The notes: generated by a model from the sequence alone, not told the origin. A stretch of 64,000 bases of DNA from an uncultured Candidatus Saccharibacteria bacterium (GCA_948944455.1 CARBES010000001.1:981-64980), one strand, 5' to 3'. Positions 9,475 through 20,257 are shown, numbered from the stretch's first letter. A program made the numbers and translations.

Positions 9475-10779
9475 TTATTCGACCGAGCGTGGCGCATGTA
9501 CGAACTGCGTCGCAGCCGATTCTTGATTTCCGGCGTAGACCAACTTTCGTAGCCAAGCATCCGCCGGACCTGCCGTCATAAGTAGTACTAGATAACCCTT
9601 ATCGTGCCATTTCTTTAGTTCTTCAGCCAATTTTTCATCTAATTCCGCCGGCTCGGCAACCTTCTTATTCTCCAGCTTCGCAATAAAGTCTGCTGGTTTT
9701 AGCTCCTTACCCTTTGGATCCTCGCGTACTAGATAAGTTGGTAGCCAGTATAGCTTCGCTACCCCCTCAAAAGCCTCTGCATAATCATCTGCCAGTTCGA
9801 CTTGGCGCGCGTTCTGATGCGGCTCATAAATCGCCACTACGCCCTTTAGCCCGCGTCGATCGGCTTCTTCTTTAGCAATCTCAACCGTCGCTGCGACCTC
9901 CTCCGGGTGGTGCGCATAGTCCGAGTAATATCCCTCCGAAACTTGCTCAAACCGCCGCCCTACTCCAGGGAATTCATTCATAAATTGCACCAACTTTTTG
10001 CGTTGTAAGTTGTGTGAAAATCTAGCTAGACCCTTTGGCTTTGGCATAATCCTCTGCAAAACATCGATCGCTAAAGTTGCATCATAACGCCGAGCCTCGC
10101 CCGCCAGATCCACCCCTATCGCGATTTCGTCGCCATGGATCACCTGCTCGCTCTGTCGCTCGAATTGCCGAAATGCCTCTAAATATTCTTTTTCGGTCGG
10201 ATAAATATCTGGGTGATCATATGAAACTACCGGAATCGCCGCCAGCCATGGATGATAGGCTAAGAAATTTCGGTCGTACTCATCTGCCTCGTAAACGAAG
10301 TATTCCGATTTTGGGTCATAACGTCCAGCATCCGCGAAAGGTAGCGTCGTTCCGATTAAATAAGATAACGGCATCCCGAGCTTTATTGCTCCCCAAATAA
10401 TCATTGCCGTAGTGGTTGTTTTGCCGTGTGTGCCTGCCACCGCAATCATTTTTAACTTCAGTTTTTTTACCAAATAGCTAATCAGTTCGTCGCGTTTCGA
10501 AATCTTCAATTTTAGCTTCTTCGCCATGACAAGTTCCGGATGATCCTCCGGCAAAGCCGAAGTATAAACAAACCAGTCCACCCCATCCTTCTTTGCGCAA
10601 GCCTTCAAAAACTCCCCATCTTGCTCACCGAGGCACATTTTTACCCCGCTATTCACCAGCGCATTCGTAATCGCTCCGGGCGCCATATCTGAGCCATAGA
10701 CTGTCATCCCGGCGTCCTGCGCCATCAATGCTAATGGCCCCATCCCTGTTCCTGAAATTCCTGAAATATAAATCTTCAT
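9475..10779 (-). CDS. murC: UDP-N-acetylmuramate--L-alanine ligase (Mur ligase)
   Basis: GISGTGMGPLA, AVAGTHGKTTTT, EADEYDRNF, GVGRRFE, DYAHHPEE. Confidence 0.92.
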   Translation of the reverse strand: MKIYISGISGTGMGPLALMAQDAGMTVYGSDMAPGAITNALVNSGVKMCLGEQDGEFLKACAKKDGVDWFVYTSALPEDHPELVMAKKLKLKISKRDELISYLVKKLKLKMIAVAGTHGKTTTTAMIIWGAIKLGMPLSYLIGTTLPFADAGRYDPKSEYFVYEADEYDRNFLAYHPWLAAIPVVSYDHPDIYPTEKEYLEAFRQFERQSEQVIHGDEIAIGVDLAGEARRYDATLAIDVLQRIMPKPKGLARFSHNLQRKKLVQFMNEFPGVGRRFEQVSEGYYSDYAHHPEEVAATVEIAKEEADRRGLKGVVAIYEPHQNARQVELADDYAEAFEGVAKLYWLPTYLVREDPKGKELKPADFIAKLENKKVAEPAELDEKLAEELKKWHDKGYLVLLMTAGPADAWLRKLVYAGNQESAATQFVHAPRSVE

Positions 10780-10901
10780 TGGATACATTATAGCATAAAA
10801 CTCTCTCGCTTAATTATTTTCTATCGAATCAATATCGGTGAGGGTTGGTCATTTTAAAGCATAAACACTTGACTATTTTAGGCATTTTATGATAAAGTAT
10901 C

Positions 10902-10930
10902 TTGACAATTTTTACTATCTGTGATACAAT
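10902..10930 (+). promoter_or_regulatory. Consensus sigma70 promoter
   Basis: TTGACA-17 nt-TACAAT with extended TG. Confidence 0.75.
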
Positions 10931-10999
10931 GGAAGTATGGACTGAAAATTTTACTACATTCAGTTCATAGTACAAAACTCTATGGGGAGGATAGAAATA

Positions 11000-11791
11000 A
11001 TGTTTCACAATTGGAATTGGTGGTATCTGTATCTTACGGTCTGTGTGGCGCTCTATTTTGCCTACGGCTACAACCTGCATTACGCTGACGGTTGTACTGT
11101 GCGAGAGCGCAAACACCTGAAGGATTGGCAAGAGATTGCCGCCTGGGTTTTGGCGTCGTCTGGACTTAGCGCCATGGTTATCAGCGAGTCTTACCATGGG
11201 ATTTTCCAGGTTGCCCGCAATCTCCTTGGTGGGAGGGGCGATGACCTAGATGAGCTCGTCGCTGGGCTTTTCCTTATGGCGGGGGCTATCGCCTTCATCT
11301 TTGCCCTGTTGTTCTTCGCCTCAGTACTGGGGGAAGCCGTCAGTATTAAACGCGCCAATAAGCAGGCTCTTGTCCGCCGCGCTTATTGCCGTAACCACTG
11401 CCGGTCGGAAGTTTGCTGGGCTTGCAAAAAGTCTCGCAGCTTTGCCTGCCCAGTAGGAATTGACCGCACGCCGGTTTGGGTGATGCGCGACGAAGAGCTG
11501 TTGGCAATGATGAAAGCGATCGAGACTGGCGAGAAGGATGGCGAACCTGTGCCTTGCGAACTCAAAACTTTGAGGGATGGCACCTGTGAGTTTCTTTTCG
11601 ATATGCCGGTCTACAAGGACTATGGCGACAAATCGCCTCGCCGTCTGACGACTCCGCCCGAGTTCAAAGTGGGCGGCTGCGTTATCGCGACTCTGTCTTT
11701 GCCAGGCAGCAATCGTACCGAGAAGGATATCAATACTCTTCGCGCGGTTTTGCGTACGCAGGGCGAGCCTCTGCCGGTCAGTCGGAACTGA
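11000..11791 (+). CDS. Hypothetical membrane protein with Cys cluster (ORFan-like)
   Basis: GGAGG RBS before ATG 11000, about 3 TM segments and CRNHC-x4-CWAC-x7-C. Confidence 0.7.
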   Translation: MFHNWNWWYLYLTVCVALYFAYGYNLHYADGCTVRERKHLKDWQEIAAWVLASSGLSAMVISESYHGIFQVARNLLGGRGDDLDELVAGLFLMAGAIAFIFALLFFASVLGEAVSIKRANKQALVRRAYCRNHCRSEVCWACKKSRSFACPVGIDRTPVWVMRDEELLAMMKAIETGEKDGEPVPCELKTLRDGTCEFLFDMPVYKDYGDKSPRRLTTPPEFKVGGCVIATLSLPGSNRTEKDINTLRAVLRTQGEPLPVSRN

Positions 11792-11820
11792 ACCGTATCC
11801 ACCTCCAACGCACCTTACAA

Positions 11821-11848
11821 AGCCCCCAGCAGCTAGCTGGGGGCTTTA
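11821..11848 (+). terminator. Rho-independent terminator
   Basis: AGCCCCCAGC/GCTGGGGGCT stem followed by T's. Confidence 0.75.
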
Positions 11849-11909
11849 TCCTTTCCTGGGCTCGGTGCTAAAAGCGCCCGAATCTCGCCATCTCCTGTAT
11901 AATAGGACT

Positions 11910-13382
11910 ATGCGCGAGACTTTTTATTTTTACGATCTCGAGACTTCTGGTCTGAACCCGCGTTCAGACCGTATTATGCAGTTTGCTGGCCAGCGTACAG
12001 ATGCTGATTTTAATCCGATTGGTGAGCCGACGAATGTTCTGGTCGCTCTGGCCGAGGACACTTTGCCGAGCCCCGGCGCGATTATGGTGACCGGCATTAC
12101 CCCGCAGCAAGCTCGCACCGATGGTATGACCGAGCGCGAATTTTGCGATTTTTTTATGAAAGAAATCGCTACGCCGAATACTACGATTATGGGTTACAAT
12201 TCGGTGCGGTTTGATGATGAGTTTATGCGCAATACTCTGTGGCGCAATTTTTACGATTCCTACGAGTGGCAATGGAAAGATGGTCGGAGCCGTTGGGATT
12301 TGCTCGACGTAGTGCGGATGACGCGGGCGCTGCGTCCGGAGGGGATTGAATGGCCGGTGACCGAAGATGGCCACTCGACTAACCGCCTTGAGCTAATCAC
12401 GAAACTGAACCATATCGAACATGAGCACGCACATGACGCGTTAGCTGATGTGGTAGCACTAATCGAGGTGACGAAGTTGATTAAGCAATACCAGCCGCAG
12501 CTCTTTAATTTTCTTTATGATCTGCGCGGGAAGCGTGCCGTGGGACAGCTAGTGAATCTCGAGCGTCCGCAGCCGTTTGTCTACGCTTCGGGTCGTTACT
12601 CCTCGAAGTATGAAAAGACGACGGTAGCTTACCCGATTGCATCGGCGCCAAATGGAAATATCTTGGTCTTTGATTTGCGGTATAATCTTGATGAACTTCT
12701 GGCACAGGAGGAGGCCGGCCGGGCGAAGCTGGCCGAACGAAAAGCCGCTGGCGAAAAGTCACCGAAACGGGCTTTCTATGAGCTAGAACCGTGGGAAAAG
12801 CATTATTTTCCGATTGTGAAAAAACTGCAATACAATCGCTGCCCGGCGGTGGCACCGATCGGAGTGCTCGAAAAAGCGGATGGTTGGCAAAAGCTCCAAC
12901 TTACAAAAACGCAAATTGAACAGAACCTCAAGAGTCTCCAGGCACACCCAGAGTTTATTGAACGAATGGCGGGGATTAATCGGCCAGATTTTCCTCCTTC
13001 TGAGGACGTCGAATCAGCACTTTACGATGGCTTTCTTGGCGAACATGATCGTATGCTTTGCGCAACGGTGCGGGCGAACGATGCGGCGCTCTTGGCTGAC
13101 TATCATCCGGATTTTGTCGATGAACGTCTGCCAGATTTATTGCTACACTACAAGGCAAAGAACTTCCCGAGTGCCTTAGCCGAAGATGAAGTCCCGAAGT
13201 GGGAAGAATACCGCACTAAACGTCTCACAAAACAGTCGGAGATCTTCTTGAAGGAAATCTCCCGTATTCAACAGATGCTGGCCCGTGATGAAACTTTTGG
13301 TAGTAAAACCCCTGACGAGTGTGCTTTCTTGGTTGAAGAATTGCTACTCTGGTATGAAAGCCTACAGCCGGAGGACTACTAG
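11910..13382 (+). CDS. sbcB: Exodeoxyribonuclease I
   Basis: FYDLETSG, QFAGQRTD, GYNSVRFDDE, AHDALADV; start at the ATG after TGTATAAT. Confidence 0.93.
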   Translation: MRETFYFYDLETSGLNPRSDRIMQFAGQRTDADFNPIGEPTNVLVALAEDTLPSPGAIMVTGITPQQARTDGMTEREFCDFFMKEIATPNTTIMGYNSVRFDDEFMRNTLWRNFYDSYEWQWKDGRSRWDLLDVVRMTRALRPEGIEWPVTEDGHSTNRLELITKLNHIEHEHAHDALADVVALIEVTKLIKQYQPQLFNFLYDLRGKRAVGQLVNLERPQPFVYASGRYSSKYEKTTVAYPIASAPNGNILVFDLRYNLDELLAQEEAGRAKLAERKAAGEKSPKRAFYELEPWEKHYFPIVKKLQYNRCPAVAPIGVLEKADGWQKLQLTKTQIEQNLKSLQAHPEFIERMAGINRPDFPPSEDVESALYDGFLGEHDRMLCATVRANDAALLADYHPDFVDERLPDLLLHYKAKNFPSALAEDEVPKWEEYRTKRLTKQSEIFLKEISRIQQMLARDETFGSKTPDECAFLVEELLLWYESLQPEDY

Positions 13383-13392
13383 GTCTTAACGG

Positions 13393-13491
13393 CGTTTTGC
13401 AACCGTGCTGAAGGCTCTTTTAGGCTGGCGCGGGTTCGATTCTTTAGATGAGGAGAGCGCCACCAAGCCTTCAGTACAGTTGTAAAAAACG
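13393..13491 (+). other. Long intergenic hairpin (candidate structured RNA or palindromic element)
   Basis: CGTTTTGCAACCGTGCTGAAGGCT pairs with AGCCTTCAGTACAGTTGTAAAAAACG; inner TGGCGC/GCGCCA stem. Confidence 0.55.
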
Positions 13492-13518
13492 TGTCACTGA
13501 GGTATAATATACACCGAC

Positions 13519-16515
13519 ATGAGCGATAACTTTATCCAAGTCCGTGGTGCACGGCAGCATAATCTGAAAGATCTGAGCGTCGATATTCCACGCGACAAGC
13601 TTGTCGTAATTACGGGGTTGTCTGGCTCAGGCAAGTCGAGCTTGGCCTTCGATACGATTTATGCCGAAGGGCAGCGCCGCTACGTCGAGAGTCTTTCGAG
13701 CTATGCTCGGATGTTTCTCGGCGTGATGGATAAACCGGATGTAGACAGTATTACGGGTCTTTCGCCAGCAATCTCGATCGATCAGAAGTCGACCAGTCGC
13801 AACCCGCGTTCGACCGTAGCGACCGTGACCGAGGTTTATGACTATTTACGCTTACTTTTTGCACGCGTAGGAGTGCCGCATTGTCCAATTTGTCATCGCG
13901 AGGTGCACCGCCGTAGTGTTGAGGACATCGTGAACGAAGTTATGAAACTTCCGGCTGGTAGCAAGCTAATGCTACTCGCACCACTCGTCTCGCAGAAGAA
14001 GGGCAGTTTTCAGCATATTCCAGACCAGTACCAGTCGAAAGGTTTTTCGCGGGTGCGGATCGACGGGATTGTTTATGCGCTGGACGAGTTTCCAGAGCTA
14101 AACAAGAACGATCGTCACGATATTGAGATCGTGGTTGACCGTTTTATCCTCTCGCCGGACCTCCTTAGCCGTATTTCCGGTTCAATCGAACAAGCTCTCG
14201 AACTCGGTCAGGGAATTATTAAATTGTTAAAAATTAACGACAATAGCACAACGATTGAAGCGCATGGTATTCGGCAATCCGGTGTCTCTCTGCGAGGGGG
14301 TCCGGAAGTTACGACTGAGGATGCAGCGCGCGAAGCCCGTGACGACGGGACTGAGCGACGCGTCCTTCGCGGAGATGACGCCGAATTGCCGAACGGCGAT
14401 ACGCTTTATACGTTCTCGCAGCGCTATGCTTGTGAACTCCATCCCGACGAACTAATCCCAGAGCTAGAGCCACGTTTGTTTAGTTTTAACGCACCTCAAG
14501 GAGCCTGTCCGACTTGTACTGGCCTCGGTACGCGCCTTGAGATTGACCCGAATCTCATTCTGAATCCGAATCTCACTATTGCTGAGGGCGGTATTCGACC
14601 ATTTAACCGAGTGACGCAGGAATCTTGGTGGCTGCGCCGTCTGGAAGTTGTCGGTGAACGGCACGGCTTTTCTTGCCATGTACCGATTCGGGAGATTTCT
14701 GAGGAAAATATTCAGAAAATTCTCTACGGTACTGGTGACGAGAAATACGAGGTGAAAGTCGGCGGTCATGGTAAGTGGGGAAACGGTGCAACTTACCAAT
14801 CGACTTATGAGGGCGTAATTCCGACCTTGGAGCGTCGCCACCGCGAGACCGACTCGGAGTTTATTCGCAAAGACATTGAGCGCTTTATGCGTGTACACGA
14901 GTGTCAGACCTGCCACGGTGCGCGCCTGAAGCCGGCCGTTCTTGCTGTTACGGTGCATGGGCTAAACATCGTTGATATGTGTAATCTTGATGTCGATGCT
15001 ACGCTAGAGGTTTTGAAGGGTGACCTGGAATTTAATGAATCCGAACAGATGATTGCGGGTCCAATTTTGAAAGAAATTCGCGAACGAGTGCAGTTCATGC
15101 AGGACGTCGGGCTGGGCTATCTCGAGCTCGGTCGGGCGGCAAACACTCTCTCCGGTGGTGAGGCTCAGCGGATTCGTCTCGCGACCCAGATCGGTTCGGG
15201 GCTCCAGGGTGTGCTCTATGTGCTTGATGAGCCGTCGATTGGTTTGCATCAGCGTGATAACGACAAATTAATCGCTACACTGAAGCATCTCCGCGATTTG
15301 AAAAACACAGTTCTAGTCGTCGAACATGACGAGGATACTATGCGCGAATCGGACTATATCATCGATATTGGTCCGGGAGCCGGAAAGAATGGCGGTCGCT
15401 TAGTTGCTGCTGGTACGCCTGAAGAAGTCGCGAAGAATGACAACTCAGTAACAGGAAAATACTTGTCGGGTAAGTTGGAAATTCCAGTGCCAAAGAAGCG
15501 TCGTAAGCCAAAGAAAGACCAAGAGTTGGTCGTGGTGGGTGCGCGCGAGAATAACCTGAAGAATATTGACGTACACTTTCCGCTTGGAGTAATGACGGTG
15601 GTTTCTGGTGTGTCTGGCTCTGGTAAATCGACACTCGTGAACGAAATTCTCGCCAACGAACTATTAGCTCGACTCCACCGTGCGCAGACCGTCTCGGGGC
15701 TGCATGAACGAATTGATGGTATCGAACATCTCGATAAATGTATCGTGATTGACCAATCGCCGATTGGTCGTACTCCGCGCTCGAACCCGGCGACTTATAC
15801 CGGTGTCTTTAACCAGATCCGTGAACTTTTTGCGAAGCAACCCGAGGCGGAGCTTCGTGGCTACAAGGCTGGGCGTTTCAGTTTCAATGTGAAGGGTGGC
15901 CGTTGTGAAGCTTGTCAGGGCGACGGCGTGAATAAGATTGAAATGCACTTCTTGCCAGATGTCTACGTGACCTGCCCGACTTGTCATGGTAAACGTTATA
16001 ATCGCGAAGCGCTCGAGATCAAGTATAAGGGTAAAGACATTGCCGAGGTGCTTGATATGACGATTGATGAAGCGGTTGAGTTCTTTGAGAATATTCCATC
16101 AATTTTGCCAAAGCTAAAAACGATCCAAGAGGTCGGCCTTGGCTATATCAAACTTGGCCAGCCGGCTACGACTTTTTCCGGTGGGGAAGCGCAACGGATT
16201 AAGCTCGCGACTGAGCTCGCCCGTCGCAGCACCGGCAAGACTCTCTACATCCTCGACGAACCGACCACTGGTCTTCATACAGATGATGTGAAACGCCTAC
16301 TCGATATTCTTGGGCGGCTAGTCGACGGCGGCAACTCGATGATTATTATCGAGCATAACCTCCATGTCATTAAATCGGCTGACTGGATTATCGATATGGG
16401 CCCAGAAGGTGGTCTCCATGGCGGCCAAGTCGTTGCACAGGGTACGCCGGAGCAGCTGGCGAAGGATTCCAATACTCCGACCGGGAAATACCTGAAAGAC
16501 GCGCTGGGGTTGTAA
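13519..16515 (+). CDS. uvrA: Excinuclease ABC subunit A
   Basis: Two ABC ATPase domains ([27 protein letters not shown]) and zinc fingers; carries a roughly 45-aa insertion at ~14250-14400. Confidence 0.98.
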   Translation: MSDNFIQVRGARQHNLKDLSVDIPRDKLVVITGLSGSGKSSLAFDTIYAEGQRRYVESLSSYARMFLGVMDKPDVDSITGLSPAISIDQKSTSRNPRSTVATVTEVYDYLRLLFARVGVPHCPICHREVHRRSVEDIVNEVMKLPAGSKLMLLAPLVSQKKGSFQHIPDQYQSKGFSRVRIDGIVYALDEFPELNKNDRHDIEIVVDRFILSPDLLSRISGSIEQALELGQGIIKLLKINDNSTTIEAHGIRQSGVSLRGGPEVTTEDAAREARDDGTERRVLRGDDAELPNGDTLYTFSQRYACELHPDELIPELEPRLFSFNAPQGACPTCTGLGTRLEIDPNLILNPNLTIAEGGIRPFNRVTQESWWLRRLEVVGERHGFSCHVPIREISEENIQKILYGTGDEKYEVKVGGHGKWGNGATYQSTYEGVIPTLERRHRETDSEFIRKDIERFMRVHECQTCHGARLKPAVLAVTVHGLNIVDMCNLDVDATLEVLKGDLEFNESEQMIAGPILKEIRERVQFMQDVGLGYLELGRAANTLSGGEAQRIRLATQIGSGLQGVLYVLDEPSIGLHQRDNDKLIATLKHLRDLKNTVLVVEHDEDTMRESDYIIDIGPGAGKNGGRLVAAGTPEEVAKNDNSVTGKYLSGKLEIPVPKKRRKPKKDQELVVVGARENNLKNIDVHFPLGVMTVVSGVSGSGKSTLVNEILANELLARLHRAQTVSGLHERIDGIEHLDKCIVIDQSPIGRTPRSNPATYTGVFNQIRELFAKQPEAELRGYKAGRFSFNVKGGRCEACQGDGVNKIEMHFLPDVYVTCPTCHGKRYNREALEIKYKGKDIAEVLDMTIDEAVEFFENIPSILPKLKTIQEVGLGYIKLGQPATTFSGGEAQRIKLATELARRSTGKTLYILDEPTTGLHTDDVKRLLDILGRLVDGGNSMIIIEHNLHVIKSADWIIDMGPEGGLHGGQVVAQGTPEQLAKDSNTPTGKYLKDALGL
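14270..14393 (+). repeat. Palindromic element inserted in frame inside uvrA
   Basis: TTCGGCAATCCGGTGTCTCTCTGCGAGGG pairs with CCTTCGCGGAGATGACGCCGAATTGCCGAA (3 G-U pairs, 1 mismatch, 1 bulge). Confidence 0.75.
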
Positions 16516-17637
16516 GTGCTAAAGGTCGACGTCGGTAGCCTAGTCGGGGTGCTGGCGTTTCTCTCGGCGACCTTTTTGGCGATTGTGGTGATTTTATTTA
16601 ATGATCTCGACCGTGGCTTGCGGCTGGATCGTCATTTGATTATTACCCGAATTTTGCGCTTACCCGAGCTCTTAATCCTGACGACTGTGTTGGGCGGTGT
16701 TTTGTTCATGGCGATCTGGGGCGCGACGCTAGAATGGGTTTGGCTTCACCAAGTTCTGTGGTGGCTTGCCGTGGCAGTCTCGCTTGTTTATTTTGCTTTG
16801 GTTGTTCTGGTTTTGATCGCTGCGGTTAGCTGGCTGAACTCTGAAGATCATTCTAGCCCTTGGCGGGGTTCCTATCGCGAAGAGAGACGGATTAAATACC
16901 TTACCGAGCGCGACTATGCTCATACGCTCCCAACCTGGCAAGAATTTTGGCATGATGATAAAACTTACGTTTTTCTCGGCAACGGACATTTTCTGCCGTA
17001 TGTTAAGGCCTTTTTGGATTATTTGAGCCAAATTCCGTCGATATACCAAGCGGAGGCGGAGACATTATTTAGCGATTTTATCATAGCGATGCTGCGGATG
17101 CAGAAGCGAGACGGTGTCACCCTGGAGCCGAGCTTATTTGGTTGCCTTTTGATACATTTTGAACAGGCCTATGTCTCTAAAAGCTATCAGCTCAATGATT
17201 GGCGAAGATTAATCCAGAGCTATCTGGACATTATGCGTTTGCAAGATCTGGCCGCCCTGGACGGTAATCTGCCGTTCGACTCGGCTCGGGAGCGCGAAGC
17301 CGGCGTTCCGTCTCGGCAAGATTTTTTGCGCGAGAATCCAGAGTTTATTAAAAATCCTTGGCGGGAATCCTTTGAGCATTATCTCACCGATGGTTTCCCG
17401 CTACGGGATGCTCGGGCGGTGCGAGCTCTAGCAGGAACAATTCGGCAACATTATCTCATTTTTGGCTCTAGGGAACCTGATGAGGTGAAAAAGTTCCTTC
17501 GCGCGCGGCGCAGGATAAGCGCTGGCGCTACGCGACGGTTGTATGGCGAATTGATCAAACTGATTGACGCGCCGGATAGTCGTTCGCTGGCTAAGTTTCT
17601 AATCAGCCAAATTAAGCCCGAAAATAACAATGATTAG
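16516..17637 (+). CDS. Hypothetical membrane protein
   Basis: 373-aa ORF starting immediately after the uvrA stop, with 3 N-terminal TM helices. Confidence 0.7.
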   Translation: MLKVDVGSLVGVLAFLSATFLAIVVILFNDLDRGLRLDRHLIITRILRLPELLILTTVLGGVLFMAIWGATLEWVWLHQVLWWLAVAVSLVYFALVVLVLIAAVSWLNSEDHSSPWRGSYREERRIKYLTERDYAHTLPTWQEFWHDDKTYVFLGNGHFLPYVKAFLDYLSQIPSIYQAEAETLFSDFIIAMLRMQKRDGVTLEPSLFGCLLIHFEQAYVSKSYQLNDWRRLIQSYLDIMRLQDLAALDGNLPFDSAREREAGVPSRQDFLRENPEFIKNPWRESFEHYLTDGFPLRDARAVRALAGTIRQHYLIFGSREPDEVKKFLRARRRISAGATRRLYGELIKLIDAPDSRSLAKFLISQIKPENNND

Positions 17638-18034
17638 TTAAATTTGTCAATAGTAACAAATAGTTCTCTTCTCAGGGTGAAACCGCTTGTTTTTATCCCT
17701 GTCTGAGCTCGCTAGAAGACCTAGGAGGGCTCTCTAGCCCCGAAAATGATATAAACACCAGCTTTTTGCTAAAAACGCTAGAATATGCCATGAAACGCGC
17801 CAGGGAACATTTTTGGGTTTTGGCGATATTTTGACAAAATATGGAAATATGGTATTCATAGGAAAATTGCCGTAGTATATATTGTGCGGCAAGCTCATTG
17901 GTTGCTTTTATGAAAGGCTAAAAGAACCGCTTTCTCAGAGAAAACGATTCTGCATGTACTTGAGTATATATTTTGCTGGAAGGCCTTGAATAAAGTAACT
18001 AATGGGCTCGCCGTATACTGTATGTTCGCTACAA

Positions 18035-18260
18035 TCTTCATCCTCCACTTGATATTACTCTATATGACTAGACAACGGAGGGAGAAGCCCCAAAATGTAG
18101 AATCGTCAGTGGCTGGGTGGATTCCAGTTGTTTTGTCAGCAATGTACATCACACCCAATCGATAACGTGCATTAGTATATCCAGCTGCTACCCAACCAGC
18201 TGCGCCATTAGCCCCAATATTGCCAGTAGTAGGGTAAGTTGCTCCGCTGCGGACGAAGAA
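18035..18260 (-). repeat. Cassette locus 2: solo variable cassette with both conserved boxes
   Basis: 18060-18257(-) reads FVRSGATYPTTGNIGANGAAGWVAAGYTNARYRLGVMYIADKTTGIHPATDDSTFWGFSLRCLVI*; 3' box at 18035-18082. Confidence 0.88.
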
Positions 18261-18406
18261 AGATCAGAAACACGGTTTTGTCCAAAACGGAGAATCCCTA
18301 CAAAATTCGAAGATTTGCCATTCTGCTGTTGACTTTGTTATCCCGCTCATGTAATATAAAAGATATAAGGTCACAAAATAAAAATTTTAAACTAAAAGGA
18401 GAACTT

Positions 18407-19135
18407 ATGACAAATTTAACTAAAGCTATTGCCGTGCTCGGCGTGGTCGCCGGCCTCGGTGTGGCTGCTTTGCCATTAAGCTCGTATGCTGCTGATAACA
18501 CCGTGAAGTGGGCTCCATCTACGGATACCGAAAACCACGATGCTACTAAAATGGGCGGTGATGGTACTGCAAAAGATCCAATGTGGGTCCAGAATAATGT
18601 TGGTGTCCAGCTCACTATTGAAGAAGGGATCCAGATTTCCACTTCAAATGCAACCGATGAGAAAGTCCAGATGGCTCAGAAGACCGGAACTAATGAATTC
18701 TATAGCGCCGGCTTTAAGGTTAATGTTATTGCTAACAACACTGAGGGTTACCATCTTCAAATTAAAGGAAGCGCTACCGAAAATGCTACTTCTTTGACAA
18801 ATGATGCTAAGGACACTATCGCTACGCTTGCTAACACCGATCCGGCCAACACAGCTGCACTTGCTCTTAACTCTGGAAAATCCGTATGGGGCTATGGCGT
18901 TGGAACAATCGCAGAGGACAGTACGATTTCTGAGGCTACCACGTTTACTGGCTTGAGCGCAAGCTTTGTAACCATTGCAGCTCATAATGAGGGGGCCACC
19001 CCAGCTGCTGGTATTGATACTCCTGTAACTTTCGGTGCACTAGTTGCTGACGATCAAGCTTCCGGTACGTATTCTGGGCAAGTTACCTTCCGTGCGACGG
19101 CTGCTGCTGAAGCAAGCCCTGATGCTGGCGCATAA
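18407..19135 (+). CDS. Secreted WxL-like cell-surface protein
   Basis: AAGGAG RBS, signal peptide (SYA/AD), Thr/Ala-rich beta sequence, WGY motif and C-terminal GTYSGQVTF strand. Confidence 0.65.
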   Translation: MTNLTKAIAVLGVVAGLGVAALPLSSYAADNTVKWAPSTDTENHDATKMGGDGTAKDPMWVQNNVGVQLTIEEGIQISTSNATDEKVQMAQKTGTNEFYSAGFKVNVIANNTEGYHLQIKGSATENATSLTNDAKDTIATLANTDPANTAALALNSGKSVWGYGVGTIAEDSTISEATTFTGLSASFVTIAAHNEGATPAAGIDTPVTFGALVADDQASGTYSGQVTFRATAAAEASPDAGA

Positions 19136-19153
19136 AATATCGCAAGATTAGAG

Positions 19154-19181
19154 AATACCACCCTTCGGGGTGGTATTTTTT
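19154..19181 (+). terminator. Rho-independent terminator
   Basis: AATACCACCC-TTCG-GGGTGGTATT followed by TTTT. Confidence 0.8.
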
Positions 19182-19237
19182 GTGGTTGTGCTTGCGCGGA
19201 CGCTACTGTATAATTAATGGTAAAGTTAAGGAGGAAA

Positions 19238-20161
19238 ATGCAACATATAAAACGCGTATTTTGCGCGCTAGCCGTGCTTCTAGCCATGGCTCCATCAGTT
19301 TTTAGCGGGTTTGGTGCGGTTTATGCCGACGAAGTCCCTACCTATCGCCTCGGTGTTACCCCGACCCAAGATAACTTGGGCAAAATCGAGCCAGGCAAAA
19401 CTTATACTAGCACTTTCAAAGTGAAGAATACTGGACGCGAAGCTTTTCGCTATCGCATCGGATTCTCGGCTTACGCAGTCGAAGGGGATAATTATGAACC
19501 AGTTTATGATAAACCGAGTTCTTATATCGAAATTTCCGACTGGATTACGGTATCGAAAGCTACAGGTGAACTAGAATCCGGCAAAGAAGACGAAATTACT
19601 TACAAAATTAACGTTCCGGAAGATGCCCATGGTGGTTCGCAAAGCGCTGTGATTGTCGTAGAAATGCTGAACCCAGATTCTGACAAGAATTCTACCGCCG
19701 TCGAGACGGTCCAGCAGGTCGGTTATCTCGTCTTCGGTAACGTTGATGGCGACACTACTCGCACTGCGAACATTCTCGAGAACAAAATCCCTAGCTTCAT
19801 CTTCGACCCCCCCATCGTCGCTACTTCGGTCGTCGAGAACACTGGTAACGTCTATACGAACGCTTCCTATACTCTCCAAGTTTTCCCGCTTTTTGGTAAC
19901 GAGGAGATCTATACTACCGAAGAAAACCCTGAGCTTAAGGTGATCTTCCCGGAGACTAAGCGCTATAGCGAAGTCGCGTGGGAAGGTGCGCCAGCTCTCG
20001 GTATCTTCCGTGTGAAGCAAACCATCAAGATCTTCGATGAAGTCTCTGAGGTAGAGAAGCTAGTCTTCCTTTGCCCGCTCTGGTTCATTGCTATCATCCT
20101 CCTACTAATCTTCTTGATCATCTTCTGGATTGTCAGCCGCATTCGCGGGCGTAAGGAATAA
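19238..20161 (+). CDS. DUF916/DUF3324-like (WxL-interacting-like) surface protein with C-terminal TM anchor
   Basis: AAGGAGG RBS, signal peptide, VKNTG, INVPEDAHGG, VENTGNV, C-terminal TM plus basic tail. Confidence 0.65.
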   Translation: MQHIKRVFCALAVLLAMAPSVFSGFGAVYADEVPTYRLGVTPTQDNLGKIEPGKTYTSTFKVKNTGREAFRYRIGFSAYAVEGDNYEPVYDKPSSYIEISDWITVSKATGELESGKEDEITYKINVPEDAHGGSQSAVIVVEMLNPDSDKNSTAVETVQQVGYLVFGNVDGDTTRTANILENKIPSFIFDPPIVATSVVENTGNVYTNASYTLQVFPLFGNEEIYTTEENPELKVIFPETKRYSEVAWEGAPALGIFRVKQTIKIFDEVSEVEKLVFLCPLWFIAIILLLIFLIIFWIVSRIRGRKE

Positions 20162-20257
20162 AGACAGATACGAACAAGCGTAATAAGGGAACAGGCGGGC
20201 TTGGTGCCTGTTCCCTGATTTGCTAGAACATGATATAATGGAAGCGGAGTAAAAACA

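Noticed and set aside
13425..13465. Possible tRNA (GGTTCGATTC)
   Set aside because: No cloverleaf could be built: acceptor stem, D arm and anticodon arm are missing.
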